Part shown: positions 9,432 to 17,006 of the stretch, piece by piece
Layout of the letters: the number at the start of each line of letters is the position of its first letter
Numbering within the stretch: position 1 is the first letter of the stretch
NCBI GenBank assembly: GCA_020137815.1
Contig: CM035360.1
Coordinates: forward strand, 6,076,001 to 6,140,000
DNA: 64,000 bases
Source: Hormiphora californensis
Taxonomy: Eukaryota > Animalia > Ctenophora
Direction: 5' to 3'
Position numbers and translations under genes: made by a program
Notes under the pieces: generated by a model
What the model was told of the DNA's origin: nothing
The model's database searches: none
Seen by the model: only the letters and a program-made list of their open reading frames with translations

Positions 9432-11754
9432 TCTCCTGCTCTCTCCATGGAGGTTTAGCTCATGATGGGGGTCATTATCTCCTTACCGTTCCAGAGCCCA
9501 CGTGAGTATGTGAGATACATGGAAAACAAATAAGGAAAGTCAAAGAACTCCATTTTAAATGGATCCAGCCCGTGCCCATGCCCACGTGGAAAACAGATAA
9601 CTCTAAGTTCAGGAAGCAGGACGTTATATCAAGCTATATTTTGACAGTTGTTATTGACTCTTTATCAGAATGTTTTGTTTCGTGGTTGCGATTTTATTAT
9701 TAGCTGTAACAGGTGAGAATGCTTTACACTTTACAGATATTTCTGGTGAATAAACCGATTAAAATTTTCAAGTTTTTGTACAATTTGTGTTGCCATTTCA
9801 GCATGGAGCCCAGTTGAACGCGATATCAAAATACCATTTGATCTGGAGAGCACCCCTCTTCAAATCAAAACTGACTCTCTTACCGGGAGTAAAGAAAAGA
9901 TAAGAGTGGGGACATACACGGTGGATGGACACTTCATTGGAGCAGTGGAAGTGTGGTTTCAAAGTTCTTTGAAATACAAAATTGCAGGTTCCTGTATGAA
10001 ATGGTATGTCAGTTTTCCAATACAGCTATCAGGAGAAGTGGACAAGACGTGGACATTTCGCAAGACGAACACCACTCTTAGTATTGATTGCAACAGGGTG
10101 GAGGTTCTGAACTACCAGTTCAGTGACAGTGATGATAGTAGGTGTGTACCAAGCTGGGGAGGAGATGTAGTGGAATTGATAAAATTTAGTGGGGATCATG
10201 ACTCTGCATCTAACACTTATCGGGCAAAACCAGTAGGTAAGAAAATTATTGATTGTTACAAGAATATCACTAAACTTTCAAATTATTATTCAATTCCTTT
10301 CTCAGCGTGCCCAGGGTTTACCGTGGACGGATCAGTGCAAAGAAGTTGGAACGATACAGATCCAGGACAGACGGTGACAATCAACTGTCAAGAGAGCAGC
10401 TTTGAGCGGACGTGTACTGACAACGGAGAGTGGAGCACTGACATTCCAGCTTGCGAGAAACAAGGTAAGTTGGGAGCTTAGCGCCATAGTTACCCATACT
10501 CGGGTGGTATGTGGTTTGCTCAGCGTGTGGCTAAGTGACCCAAAAAAACAAGGTAAGTCAAATCGGGTAAAATATTGAGTTCAAAAACTGGAGCAATTTT
10601 AAAATGTAATTGCAATGTTTCGTCTGAAATTGCTACAAAAGACAGGGACCTTTTGTAGCGATACGATCGATACATATACAAAACACCCAACTCTACAAAT
10701 TACCTACTTATTTTTATCCGACCCTACCTGAAGTTCATAGGTCTCAGGGTCGATATTTGGAACAGGGTGGTGGTGCCTGACGTAGAACAACTCACTGAAA
10801 AATGTACTTTGTTGGAGCTGTCTGAAAACTAATTTTGAACGTGTATTGTATTTTCATAGATTTCCAGATGGTAAAGTCCGTTTCAAGCGACTTGACCCCT
10901 AATTCTTGGAATTTGGCGCATTGCGTGTGTATTTACAAAGGGGAAATCCTGAATTTCCAGGAATCTCAGGTCAAGTCGTTTGAAACGCACTTTAGTCGGT
11001 CTACATTCAACATATAGGTGAACTTACTTGGGGGTAATAAAATTATCAGCGAGAATGTTGAGGGGAGGTTCAGCGTTGAATGGTCGGGCATTGTTAACTG
11101 AAAAAGCAGGATGCCTGGTCGGTTCATCTTTGTATGGATCATTGGGATCTTCTGCAACCACGTCTGCCACAGCTAGATTTCCAATCCTGTACTTTTCTAG
11201 CAGATCAAATACCTGGAGTTGGAATCAAGTTAAAAAAAGATTCGTTATATTATGTTCTAACATTTGTACTGGATACGGGGAAACAGCTCAGGGTCGAGCA
11301 AGGTAAAGAAAGAGTCGTAAAACAAAAATAAAATATTACTTACGTAAGGTTTCTTATGGACAGCATACAGGGCCCAAAATGGTTCGATGGGTCCCCCAGC
11401 ACCGATAAGCAACTTTTCTCCCCCTGGGTGTTCTGCAATGAACTCTGTGACGTCATAAACACCCTCCTTGAAGGAAACCCAAACTCTACTGCCAGGAGTT
11501 GCCCCATCTCGCTCCATCACATCCTTCGCTGTGTAGGTTGGTAGGTCAACCCGGGGTTGCCCCGCTTTTTCCTCTTCCTCGGACAGGAATACAGCGGCTG
11601 CGGCAGCTGCAGCGAGTTTTACTGGATATCTTGGTTGAGAGTTGTGTTCTTCATACCGGTTGTCATGACGACAGGACGCTCCCCAGCTGGCTCGGGAAGT
11701 TGATAGCCGTCTTACTGTTGATCGACTTAACAGTCTCAAATGGTTTTGGTACAT
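256..11754 (-). CDS. SUOX: Sulfite oxidase (mitochondrial), complete multi-exon gene (~11 exons)
   Basis: Exon 1 (11754-11344): transit peptide plus cytochrome b5 domain ([25 protein letters not shown]). Later exons read PFNAEPP..NFITP (~11212-11028), [10 protein letters not shown] (~10760), IQCAGNRR with the Mo-ligand Cys (~8920), [13 protein letters not shown] (~8822-8681), PYGASI (~7080), [24 protein letters not shown] (~6677-6533), [20 protein letters not shown] (~5838-5727). Last exon [20 protein letters not shown] (423-256). GT-AG junctions. Confidence 0.95.
811..854 (+). other. Spliced-leader (SL) exon copy 1, forming the 5' end of the CRE element
   Basis: GAGTTTCAAACTTTTCAACACTACTTTAAACAAATTAATTTGAG; identical to 59969-60012 and 43/44 identical to revcomp 16238-16281. 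Matches the ctenophore SL as I recall it. Not followed by GT, so not an SL RNA gene. Confidence 0.88.
896..3934 (+). CDS. CRE ORF: PHD finger - reverse transcriptase - CCHC knuckle - restriction-like endonuclease
   Basis: C4HC3 PHD ([22 protein letters not shown]). RT motifs [36 protein letters not shown] followed by [40 protein letters not shown]. Confidence 0.93.
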   Translation: MTKRTKKRTTKITVPPSSSSDSCPTCNIHWDDEDDIPCVACDNCNTWFHIRCVGIPDHSFSNLSESTKWYCARCLRIPDIVPATPLKASWGKLSGPALSNSLFSIHSKISSFRPNLFKLPSGKAGKMFVSEATRLVSEWTSSSPLESVALTALHLMGPLLLQNPGRKSKTSEQSAALLRRFLLWQTGDFDALLSECTVIQSRLPKSTAADNRKGFVRMMFIGRVGAAMRLLSATPSAALEITPAVVKDLKEKHPEAAPLNPDHVISTDVPPSFEPAIFFNLNADSIKRAAAATKGGAGPSGMSDHLWARMLCSKAFGKSSESLAHEVALMTRRLCTVYVDPISLSALLSCKLIALDKNPGVRPIGVGEVLRRIIGRSVSQHLKPEIIQAAGPLQLAAGQQGGAEAAVHSMRAFFDDENAEAVLLADARNAFNVLNRRNALVNIQYLCPALSIFAINLYRSPVRLYLSDGSFILSSEGTTQGCNIASPLYCISLRPLVDKLSTTSPNQIFYADDGAAVGSLLGVREWWDSLVANGPGYGYFPRPDKSVLIVKPEHMEEAKTIFIDTDVIIKSDGHRYLGAPLGTTEYQQMYISKKIEEWVSDIQNISKIAETEPHAAYSGYCMGLSKRWLFLMRTTPNTAELFAPLESAITSLLLPSILRNHFSPLHRELFSLPCRQGGLGINNPCEIAELEHQRSLVATAPLSQIITEQKTNIDDERAVLVAKRLKAAKQEVLHSKLEVQKKRLAEVAEKLTPSQRRLHEELCRRGSSTWLTTLPLEEHGFVLNKLEFRDALSLRYDLPLHEFPNHCACGKLNSIEHSLSCSRGGYVNLRHNQMRDLTANLLAEAGLPLTGEEFKYRSAITTEEARLDVSARDLWSPMAKLFLDFRVFNSRAPTNQSLPITKALKKHEDEKKRAYGERVLQVEKSSFTPVVFSTSGIMGDEADKFYKKLASKLSDKTKQSYPDSIRYIRQRLSFCLLRTLVISLRGHRGTSPKRFSDRNDINILYMIKNNSN
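4309..4812 (+). CDS. Orphan 167-aa ORF with N-terminal hydrophobic helix, in the sequence interrupted by the CRE element
   Basis: ATG-initiated; hydrophobic residues ~6-30; TATATAAA at ~4216; no recognisable family. Confidence 0.3.
   Translation: MISPVEICLLFVGILVLVALSTILAGLHAFARRLSSLEASVQGVSVDLASSGARVTDNLTVLKWGVIHVADQIKRHQTDCKAHSLAALVKLLEALVREHVTSRELIRNAQAQSWLAISQVVDRAARRIAGQSGNSSTVEVQTDVELGLVPGKDAPVPSADSVILQME
5270..5397. repeat. (TCAAG)n pentanucleotide microsatellite, possibly a LINE 3' tail
   Basis: About 25 near-perfect copies. Confidence 0.95.
6703..6827. repeat. ~28-bp intronic minisatellite
   Basis: GACCACTGTAATTCTCACTCAATGCTCT about 4 times, imperfect. Confidence 0.85.
7334..8470 (+). 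CDS. Intronless type I membrane protein with multiple cytoplasmic Tyr motifs, nested antisense in a SUOX intron
   Basis: Signal peptide [14 protein letters not shown]; S/T/N-rich ectodomain; [23 protein letters not shown]; tail with CYETL, CYATL, CYECL, CYDTL, CYEM, HYEV. Lies between SUOX exons at ~7111 and ~8681. Confidence 0.75.
   Translation: MRLFLLFCCCFIGGSGISASRRKRILNNPIDNLSGTMTSTPPKTRANSSPTIAPETTPDNSVVTNFQYKGQRNAHPCTSDSKSWRCKFESCKNQLEAHQSNSTIGSNATSTPPFSTEQQSTNWSSYEVQNKSQSNCSSCTSLKVLVGILLVIVVTLTIGIIVLLRLQIINLQTNQSQLEVHNTVQQSEGCYETLPIPAAGVGEQHSNLQVGPTTSTAAADQEEDCYATLPEGCYECLPGLPGLQLDVKEDCYDTLNFSNNSRPPLVTIATTQVTIAARPPPSQRDVSPWCGGGGGVSHRESLNKAPGGSGENMEGYSTGRHLYNHCPEDTACYEMGLVIENPCTESEIIEIASGVERVHAGEEEEEEEGHYEVPDMED
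9029..9445. repeat. (GA)n tract followed directly by (CT)n tract
   Basis: About 125 bp GA-rich, then about 260 bp CT-rich. Confidence 0.9.
9670..10464 (+). CDS. Secreted/surface protein: signal peptide, ctenophore-type extracellular domain, sushi/CCP-like module; 3' end unresolved; nested in a SUOX intron
   Basis: Exon 9670-9712 [14 protein letters not shown]|gtgag. Exon from ~9802 [40 protein letters not shown]..gtaag (~10237). Exon ~10306-10464 [25 protein letters not shown]|gtaag. Confidence 0.7.
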
Positions 11755-12129
11755 TCAGACTAAAAGGTTAACAATAAAAACATGGTTAAAGCTGGGTAGT
11801 ATGACATAGGACATGAACATCGACCATGCATATTGCCTACACTTTACAATATCACAAGTTTGAGCTTTACATTATTTCAAGAATCAAAGTGAGCAATGAG
11901 TCAGAAACAGCTGCTGAGTGACCCATTATCTCCTACAATCAGCCTGCTCACTATCAAATGAGTAAAATTACAAGACGTCAAAAGCAATTTGATGAAAATC
12001 AGATGTCATGAAATAACAAGCTGTATCTCATTACATTAGGGCCCAACAAAAGGTCGCATTTGGATGGACATGTTGTTGTGGTGGAACTGGTTGTTACTTT
12101 TCTAATCCTCCTAATGGACAACGCTGTCG

Positions 12130-12590
12130 CTTGTACTGGCATTACCGTAATATAATTACAGTAATAAGACGCAGACTTTGCATAATGAGTGGCAAAAGTG
12201 CATGTGTTCAGCACGTACTAGTGCACTGATTGGCTACGCTTGTGCGTCTTCTTACCGTATCTCTGTTTTCCATTACCGTTATGGTAATTTTGGTATGTAA
12301 TTTTAATGAAGAGTTGGTATAATATTTCTCCCTCTATTATCAAATATCAAATAAGTAGTAACGGCACAGATATATAATTGAATGACCCCCACGGTCCTAT
12401 GTCACACGGTCGCTTGTAGTGGGAAAACGGTAATGGAAAACGAAAGATACAGTAAGACGACACGCAACCGTGACCAATCAGGGCGCTAGTACGTGCTGAC
12501 ACATGAACTTTTTGCCGCGCGTTATGCACCGTGCACGTCTCCTTACTGTATTTTCATTACGGTAATTTGACTACAAGCAGCACTGTCATG
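12130..12590. mobile_element. MITE-like dispersed repeat with imperfect inverted arms
   Basis: 12404-12560 is nearly identical to 39896-40040; a degenerate inverted arm lies at ~12130-12290. Confidence 0.7.
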
Positions 12591-12699
12591 CGCCACGAAG
12601 GGGGGGGGGGGGGTGACAACTTCAAAAAATCCGACTTTAGTATTGCCTCACTCTTCATCTGTCAAATGGGGTATGTCGCCTTCATACAGCCCTTCATAC

Positions 12700-12960
12700 A
12701 AAAACTCATACTTTTGTTCGATGGATTGTCTCGGGACGGTACCATATGTTATTCAAATTATCCGATCATCGCACCTCCCTGCTCCGCCCCACTTGGTAAT
12801 TTCGTTGGTCCTCCTATTTTCTTCTTTTTATTTCCTCCTAAAACTCATACTTTTGTTCGATGGATTGTCTCGGGACGGTACCATATGTTATTCAAATTAT
12901 CCGTTCATCGCACCTCCCTGCTCCGCCCCACTTGGCAATGTATTTGGTCCTCCTATTTTC
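12700..12960. repeat. ~140-bp tandem duplication
   Basis: AAAACTCATACTTTTGTTCGATGG..GGTCCTCCTATTTTC occurs twice. Confidence 0.85.
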
Positions 12961-13184
12961 TCATTACCGGGCACCGGCGGCCTGTTTCTCATGTAACACT
13001 GTGTTCTGCACTTCCTTTTGCGAAGTTTTGGTGGTTGTGATCTCAAAAGTTTTCATAAGTTTCAAGTTTGAGTTTTGTCATTTTTAGCAGCCTTCAGTAT
13101 AATTTATATTTGCCTGGGCCCATTTGTTGTCAAGGGATTGTCTTGGATGGTATCATATATTGGTATTCACATTTTTTTCAGGTC

Positions 13185-14147
13185 ATGACATCGTTTATTG
13201 ACCTGTTTGATCAAGTTTTCCTGACCACAATCGTTCTAATTGGAACCCCCCTAAACGTCATATGTTTTCTCTACTACCTGATTGGGCAAGAAGTACGGAC
13301 AGCATCGAGAATAGTGTATATTTGGATAACGTTCGTGGACATTTCGATCTGCTTTCTCACAATTGTTTCAGCAGTGTCCGCCTTTTCAATCTACCCTGAA
13401 ATTGGACTATTCAAATTTCCGATCCTTTGCAACATTCACGGCGTTTTGGGCGATATCACTCGCTTGATGTCAGTCTTTCTCATTTCAATTCTCAGTGCTT
13501 CCAGGGCAGTAGCCCTCAAGTATCCCCTTAGAGTTACTACGCTGATCACCAAACGAAAGGTCCTGGGAGTTATGATTGGATACTTGGTATTTACGGTGAT
13601 ATATACTTGTTTTCCATTCGCATGGAACAAACAATGTCAGTACACCGAGTTAATCCGACTCTGTATGGGATATATAATACTGCAACTTTTTCCAGAACAA
13701 CCGGCTGTTGCGATAGCATCCTACCTTCTACTTATAGTTTTACCCGCAATTGTAAAATTAGCAGGTGCAATAATATCCTTCATTTCCCTGAAAAGGGTAC
13801 GGGTGGGAAACCATCTTTCAACGCTAAGTCACCAAGACGCATCGGGAAACGTTGACAATAGCAGAAGTAGGAAGAGATATGCAACTGTTACGATTATTTA
13901 TCTCACAATAGCGTGTTTAATCATCAACGCACCCATACATATTTCAACTGCACTTGGTTTCATAAGTTTTTTCTTAGATAGGCCTGACTTAATGCTGCAA
14001 GAGTCGGTGTATCTGTATCGCTTTGCTTTTAACCATTCTGTTCCATTAAATGCGATTGTTAATGTGGTGATTTGTATTTGTCGAATCAAGGCATTACGAC
14101 AATTTCTGCATGTTCGTTTAACACAATTATTTCGTAGGACGGTATGA
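13185..14147 (+). CDS. Intronless class A (rhodopsin-like) GPCR, orphan
   Basis: Seven hydrophobic segments; TM1 GTPLN, TM2 D, TM3 C..SRAVALKYPL (DRY variant), TM6 INAP, TM7 LNAIVN. ATG 13185 follows a TTTTTTTCAG acceptor. Confidence 0.85.
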   Translation: MTSFIDLFDQVFLTTIVLIGTPLNVICFLYYLIGQEVRTASRIVYIWITFVDISICFLTIVSAVSAFSIYPEIGLFKFPILCNIHGVLGDITRLMSVFLISILSASRAVALKYPLRVTTLITKRKVLGVMIGYLVFTVIYTCFPFAWNKQCQYTELIRLCMGYIILQLFPEQPAVAIASYLLLIVLPAIVKLAGAIISFISLKRVRVGNHLSTLSHQDASGNVDNSRSRKRYATVTIIYLTIACLIINAPIHISTALGFISFFLDRPDLMLQESVYLYRFAFNHSVPLNAIVNVVICICRIKALRQFLHVRLTQLFRRTV

Positions 14148-14192
14148 ATATGAACTTTACAATTTATATTGAGTTAATGTAGAAAAATATGA

Positions 14193-14342
14193 GCATACTC
14201 GGAAATTTTCAGGTCGAGCATATTCGTCATTCAGGTCACGCCCACCAATCACAGCTCAGAACGTGCGGATGATCAGCACGTTCTGAGCTGTGATTGGTGG
14301 GCGTGACCTGAATGTGCTCGACCTGAACATTTCCGAGTATGC
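14193..14342. mobile_element. 150-bp palindromic MITE
   Basis: GCATACTCGGAAA..TTTCCGAGTATGC; near-perfect hairpin over its length. Confidence 0.8.
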
Positions 14343-14462
14343 ACAACAGCGGGTTGACCAATATCAATAGCAAAGTACATTCATGTTATTGCACTTTTCT
14401 TCTTATTTCAAAAAGTTGCTTTCGATTGTTAAAATGTTTCCAAAATAATAATAATAATAATA

Positions 14463-15096
14463 ACTAGTAAACCCGCTCGCCCTACGGGCGAATGTCGGGG
14501 ATGGTCATACAGTAAACTAAGCAAATAGTGTAGTTTCATTTGAAATTTTTTAAATCAGTAAATTTATCAGGTAAATTAACCACAGGGATTCTTTCGACAG
14601 AAAATTCACGGGTCCTCTTTTGCCAGGTCCTGTTGTATTTTATGAAGGAGCACATTTACAAAATACTTTCACGTATTACTGTCATTTCTTATTAGTGCCA
14701 TTGATACTTTGTTATTACGTGTGTTGACAACATTTTTTGAATTTAAATAATCACCTCTTTTGTAGGATTCTATCACGTAGTCTATAGGTGTCAGCGCCAG
14801 TTTGGGACATATAGCTCCTCCAAACTCGCTGGCGATTGTGTTGAAGTTGAGTAGTCATGTTCACGAAACGTGGTGAACAGATCAAATCGAGCAAACGATC
14901 AATCACACAACCGGCAGAGAGATGAATCAAGGATGCACGTGCAGTTTAAGGCTCAAGCTGGCAGGTTGCCAAGGTCCCTTTAGGGACAACACGTGCAAAA
15001 GGCCATTTCCAGGAATTTTTGCGTGGCACTATTTGCCATATTTGGTTAAAAAAACGGGACATGGGATTTCCCTATTTGCTTTAATAATAGTATGAT
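14463..15096 (+). mobile_element. Probable Helentron-associated non-autonomous element (HINE-like)
   Basis: Starts ACTAG..CCCG..CGGG short hairpin and ends GCTTTAATAATAGTATGAT. Splits the 3' end of the SL-ORF1 element from its (ATT)n tail. Confidence 0.45.
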
Positions 15097-15224
15097 AGTA
15101 ACAGTTTATATCCCGCACTGACACAGTTTGTATACAGACAACTCGTTTTCCTTAATTTGAAAGGGACTGCAGTAGACTGCCTGCTCCTAGCACGGTTCTC
15201 TGATAACGGTGAGTTAGTGGGGAA

Positions 15225-16181
15225 CTATCCCACTTGGATAACATTATTACGGATGAAGTAGCAGCCGTCAGGATCTTCTGATCGTATCCGCTTCAAAGTG
15301 GACCTTAGAGCTTTTTGCTCTTTCAGTTCAGAGGGCGTAAGATCCGGAGAGAGATAAACAGCCGAAAATTGTTTGGAATCTTTGAGGTTTCGTGCCTTTC
15401 TGAGGAGTGCGAGGAGAGTCGCTCTCTTCTCCAGGGATACTAAGAGCGGTCTAGGGCGCTTCTCATTTCTTTCGCCGATGCGTTTCATCGTAGTCACTTT
15501 CGGTTTCTCTTTTAATTCCTCAAAAAGTTCGTCTAAAGTAGTTTTAGCTACTCTATCGGTTGTTTCTGGGAGACCAAACACAACCATGTTCTTCTCTCTT
15601 CCAGGCTGTAGGACGGGAGTAGGATGATTCACTGGTAGTGATTTTCCCACTTTGGGGGAGGTTGCAGCACAATTCTGTGCTAGCACAGTAGAGTAGGCTT
15701 TCACCTTCTGCACCGATGCTGTCACTGTACTGAGTTGTTGGTTCTGGTGGTTGATGACCGTTTGCTGAAGCTCGATCACGCTAACCCGATGGCGGTCAAG
15801 TTCTTCTTTACATTCACGCAGCTGTTTCTCGAGGTTTTCTGCACTGATAACCGTTTCAAAATTGTTCATTGTTGCTCGGGCAAGTTTCATACTGGAGAGA
15901 AAAATACGCGAAGTAGCCTCGATTATTTCACTCGTAGTTCGGTCCTTGAGACAATGTCTAAAGTACGAACCCCAGTGCTTGCCAGGCGAAGCTATGCTGT
16001 CGTTGGTTAACATTGAATCGGGTGCAGCTCGAATCGATCTATAACATTGAGTAAACTCATCTGGTGTGATGCTCGTCGTGTTGTCCGAATTCAACAGGTA
16101 AACTTCAGAAACAAACTCATTTACTGTCTCTTCTAATCGTTTTATCACAGGGTTATCGCCCTCGTACTTCGCTTCCGACAT
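15225..16181 (-). CDS. CR1/L2-type ORF1 protein (coiled coil + RRM-like + CTD)
   Basis: Coiled coil, then KNMVVFGLPE..KRIG..RPRPLLVSL..LK..VYLSPDLT..YFIRN, the typical LINE ORF1 C-terminal signature. Confidence 0.8.
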   Translation of the reverse strand: MSEAKYEGDNPVIKRLEETVNEFVSEVYLLNSDNTTSITPDEFTQCYRSIRAAPDSMLTNDSIASPGKHWGSYFRHCLKDRTTSEIIEATSRIFLSSMKLARATMNNFETVISAENLEKQLRECKEELDRHRVSVIELQQTVINHQNQQLSTVTASVQKVKAYSTVLAQNCAATSPKVGKSLPVNHPTPVLQPGREKNMVVFGLPETTDRVAKTTLDELFEELKEKPKVTTMKRIGERNEKRPRPLLVSLEKRATLLALLRKARNLKDSKQFSAVYLSPDLTPSELKEQKALRSTLKRIRSEDPDGCYFIRNNVIQVG

Positions 16182-16237
16182 TATCAGCGTTTCGTTTTTC
16201 TGCCCTTCGGGGCTGTTACATCGGATTCATCTTCCTG

Positions 16238-16281
16238 CTCAAATTAATTTGTTTAAAGTAGTGTTGAAAAGTTTGAAAATC
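16238..16281 (-). other. SL exon copy 2
   Basis: Revcomp GATTTTCAAACTTTTCAACACTACTTTAAACAAATTAATTTGAG; one mismatch to the other two copies. Confidence 0.85.
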
Positions 16282-17006
16282 ACCGTCCGGGGCCTGGAGC
16301 GGCAGCCCCGGTGAGGGGTTTCGGGGGCGAAACCCCCAATAAACAGGGTCCAGGGGCCTAGCCCCGGCGGGGTGTAGCCTGTAGGGGGCGCCCCTGCAAG
16401 CAGGGTCCAGACTTCAGGGGCTGCAAGCCGCTCCGTCATGTTGATTCCTGTTGATTATTGGCCGCCCACAGTCGCGAATCGTGAAAAAAGCAAACAATGT
16501 TAGCGGACTTAGGCAATGCTTTAAGCGGGCGACCAATATAATATGACGGAGCACTCAGCACCAGTAAGTAGTAACCACAGTATTAACTAACAGCGGTGCT
16601 CCGTCTGGCGTCTGCCTTCTAACAACAAAATTTGCCGCACACTTTGGCCTATGCTACAGGCCCTAAAGAAGCCGTGGAAAACGCGCGCACTTGGGGTCTG
16701 CAGCGCATGCCAACCGCACACTTTTCAAGTTTTTTATCCTAGCTGAGGAGATAAATCCCGCTCGAACGCCGCGCAGTTATTTGCGCGTTCTTGTTTTGCG
16801 CGTGACATTTTTTGCCAATCTGTCTCCCAATTAAAATCTCTCTTCCTACATCCATATTCTGTTCATAATTGATATGCCATTGACAGATTATTAAATCCTG
16901 GTAAGTTAAATAAGACGATCCAATTAAAAGTGTTGAAAATAAGTTAAATGTGTTGTTCAGATCCTGTTAATAAATTAAAACCGGGTTAAAATAGACTGTC
17001 CGTGTC

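Larger units (their letters stand above)
14443..16281 (-). mobile_element. SL-headed, ORF1-only non-autonomous LINE derivative A
   Basis: SL (16281-16238), 56-nt UTR, ORF1, short 3' UTR and, beyond the inserted element, an (ATT)n tail at 14443-14462. No ORF2. Confidence 0.65.

Noticed and set aside
8930-9505. ER/SL-repeat ORFs (also 29433, 41103, 50093, 50559)
   Set aside because: Products of (GA)n/(CT)n microsatellites.
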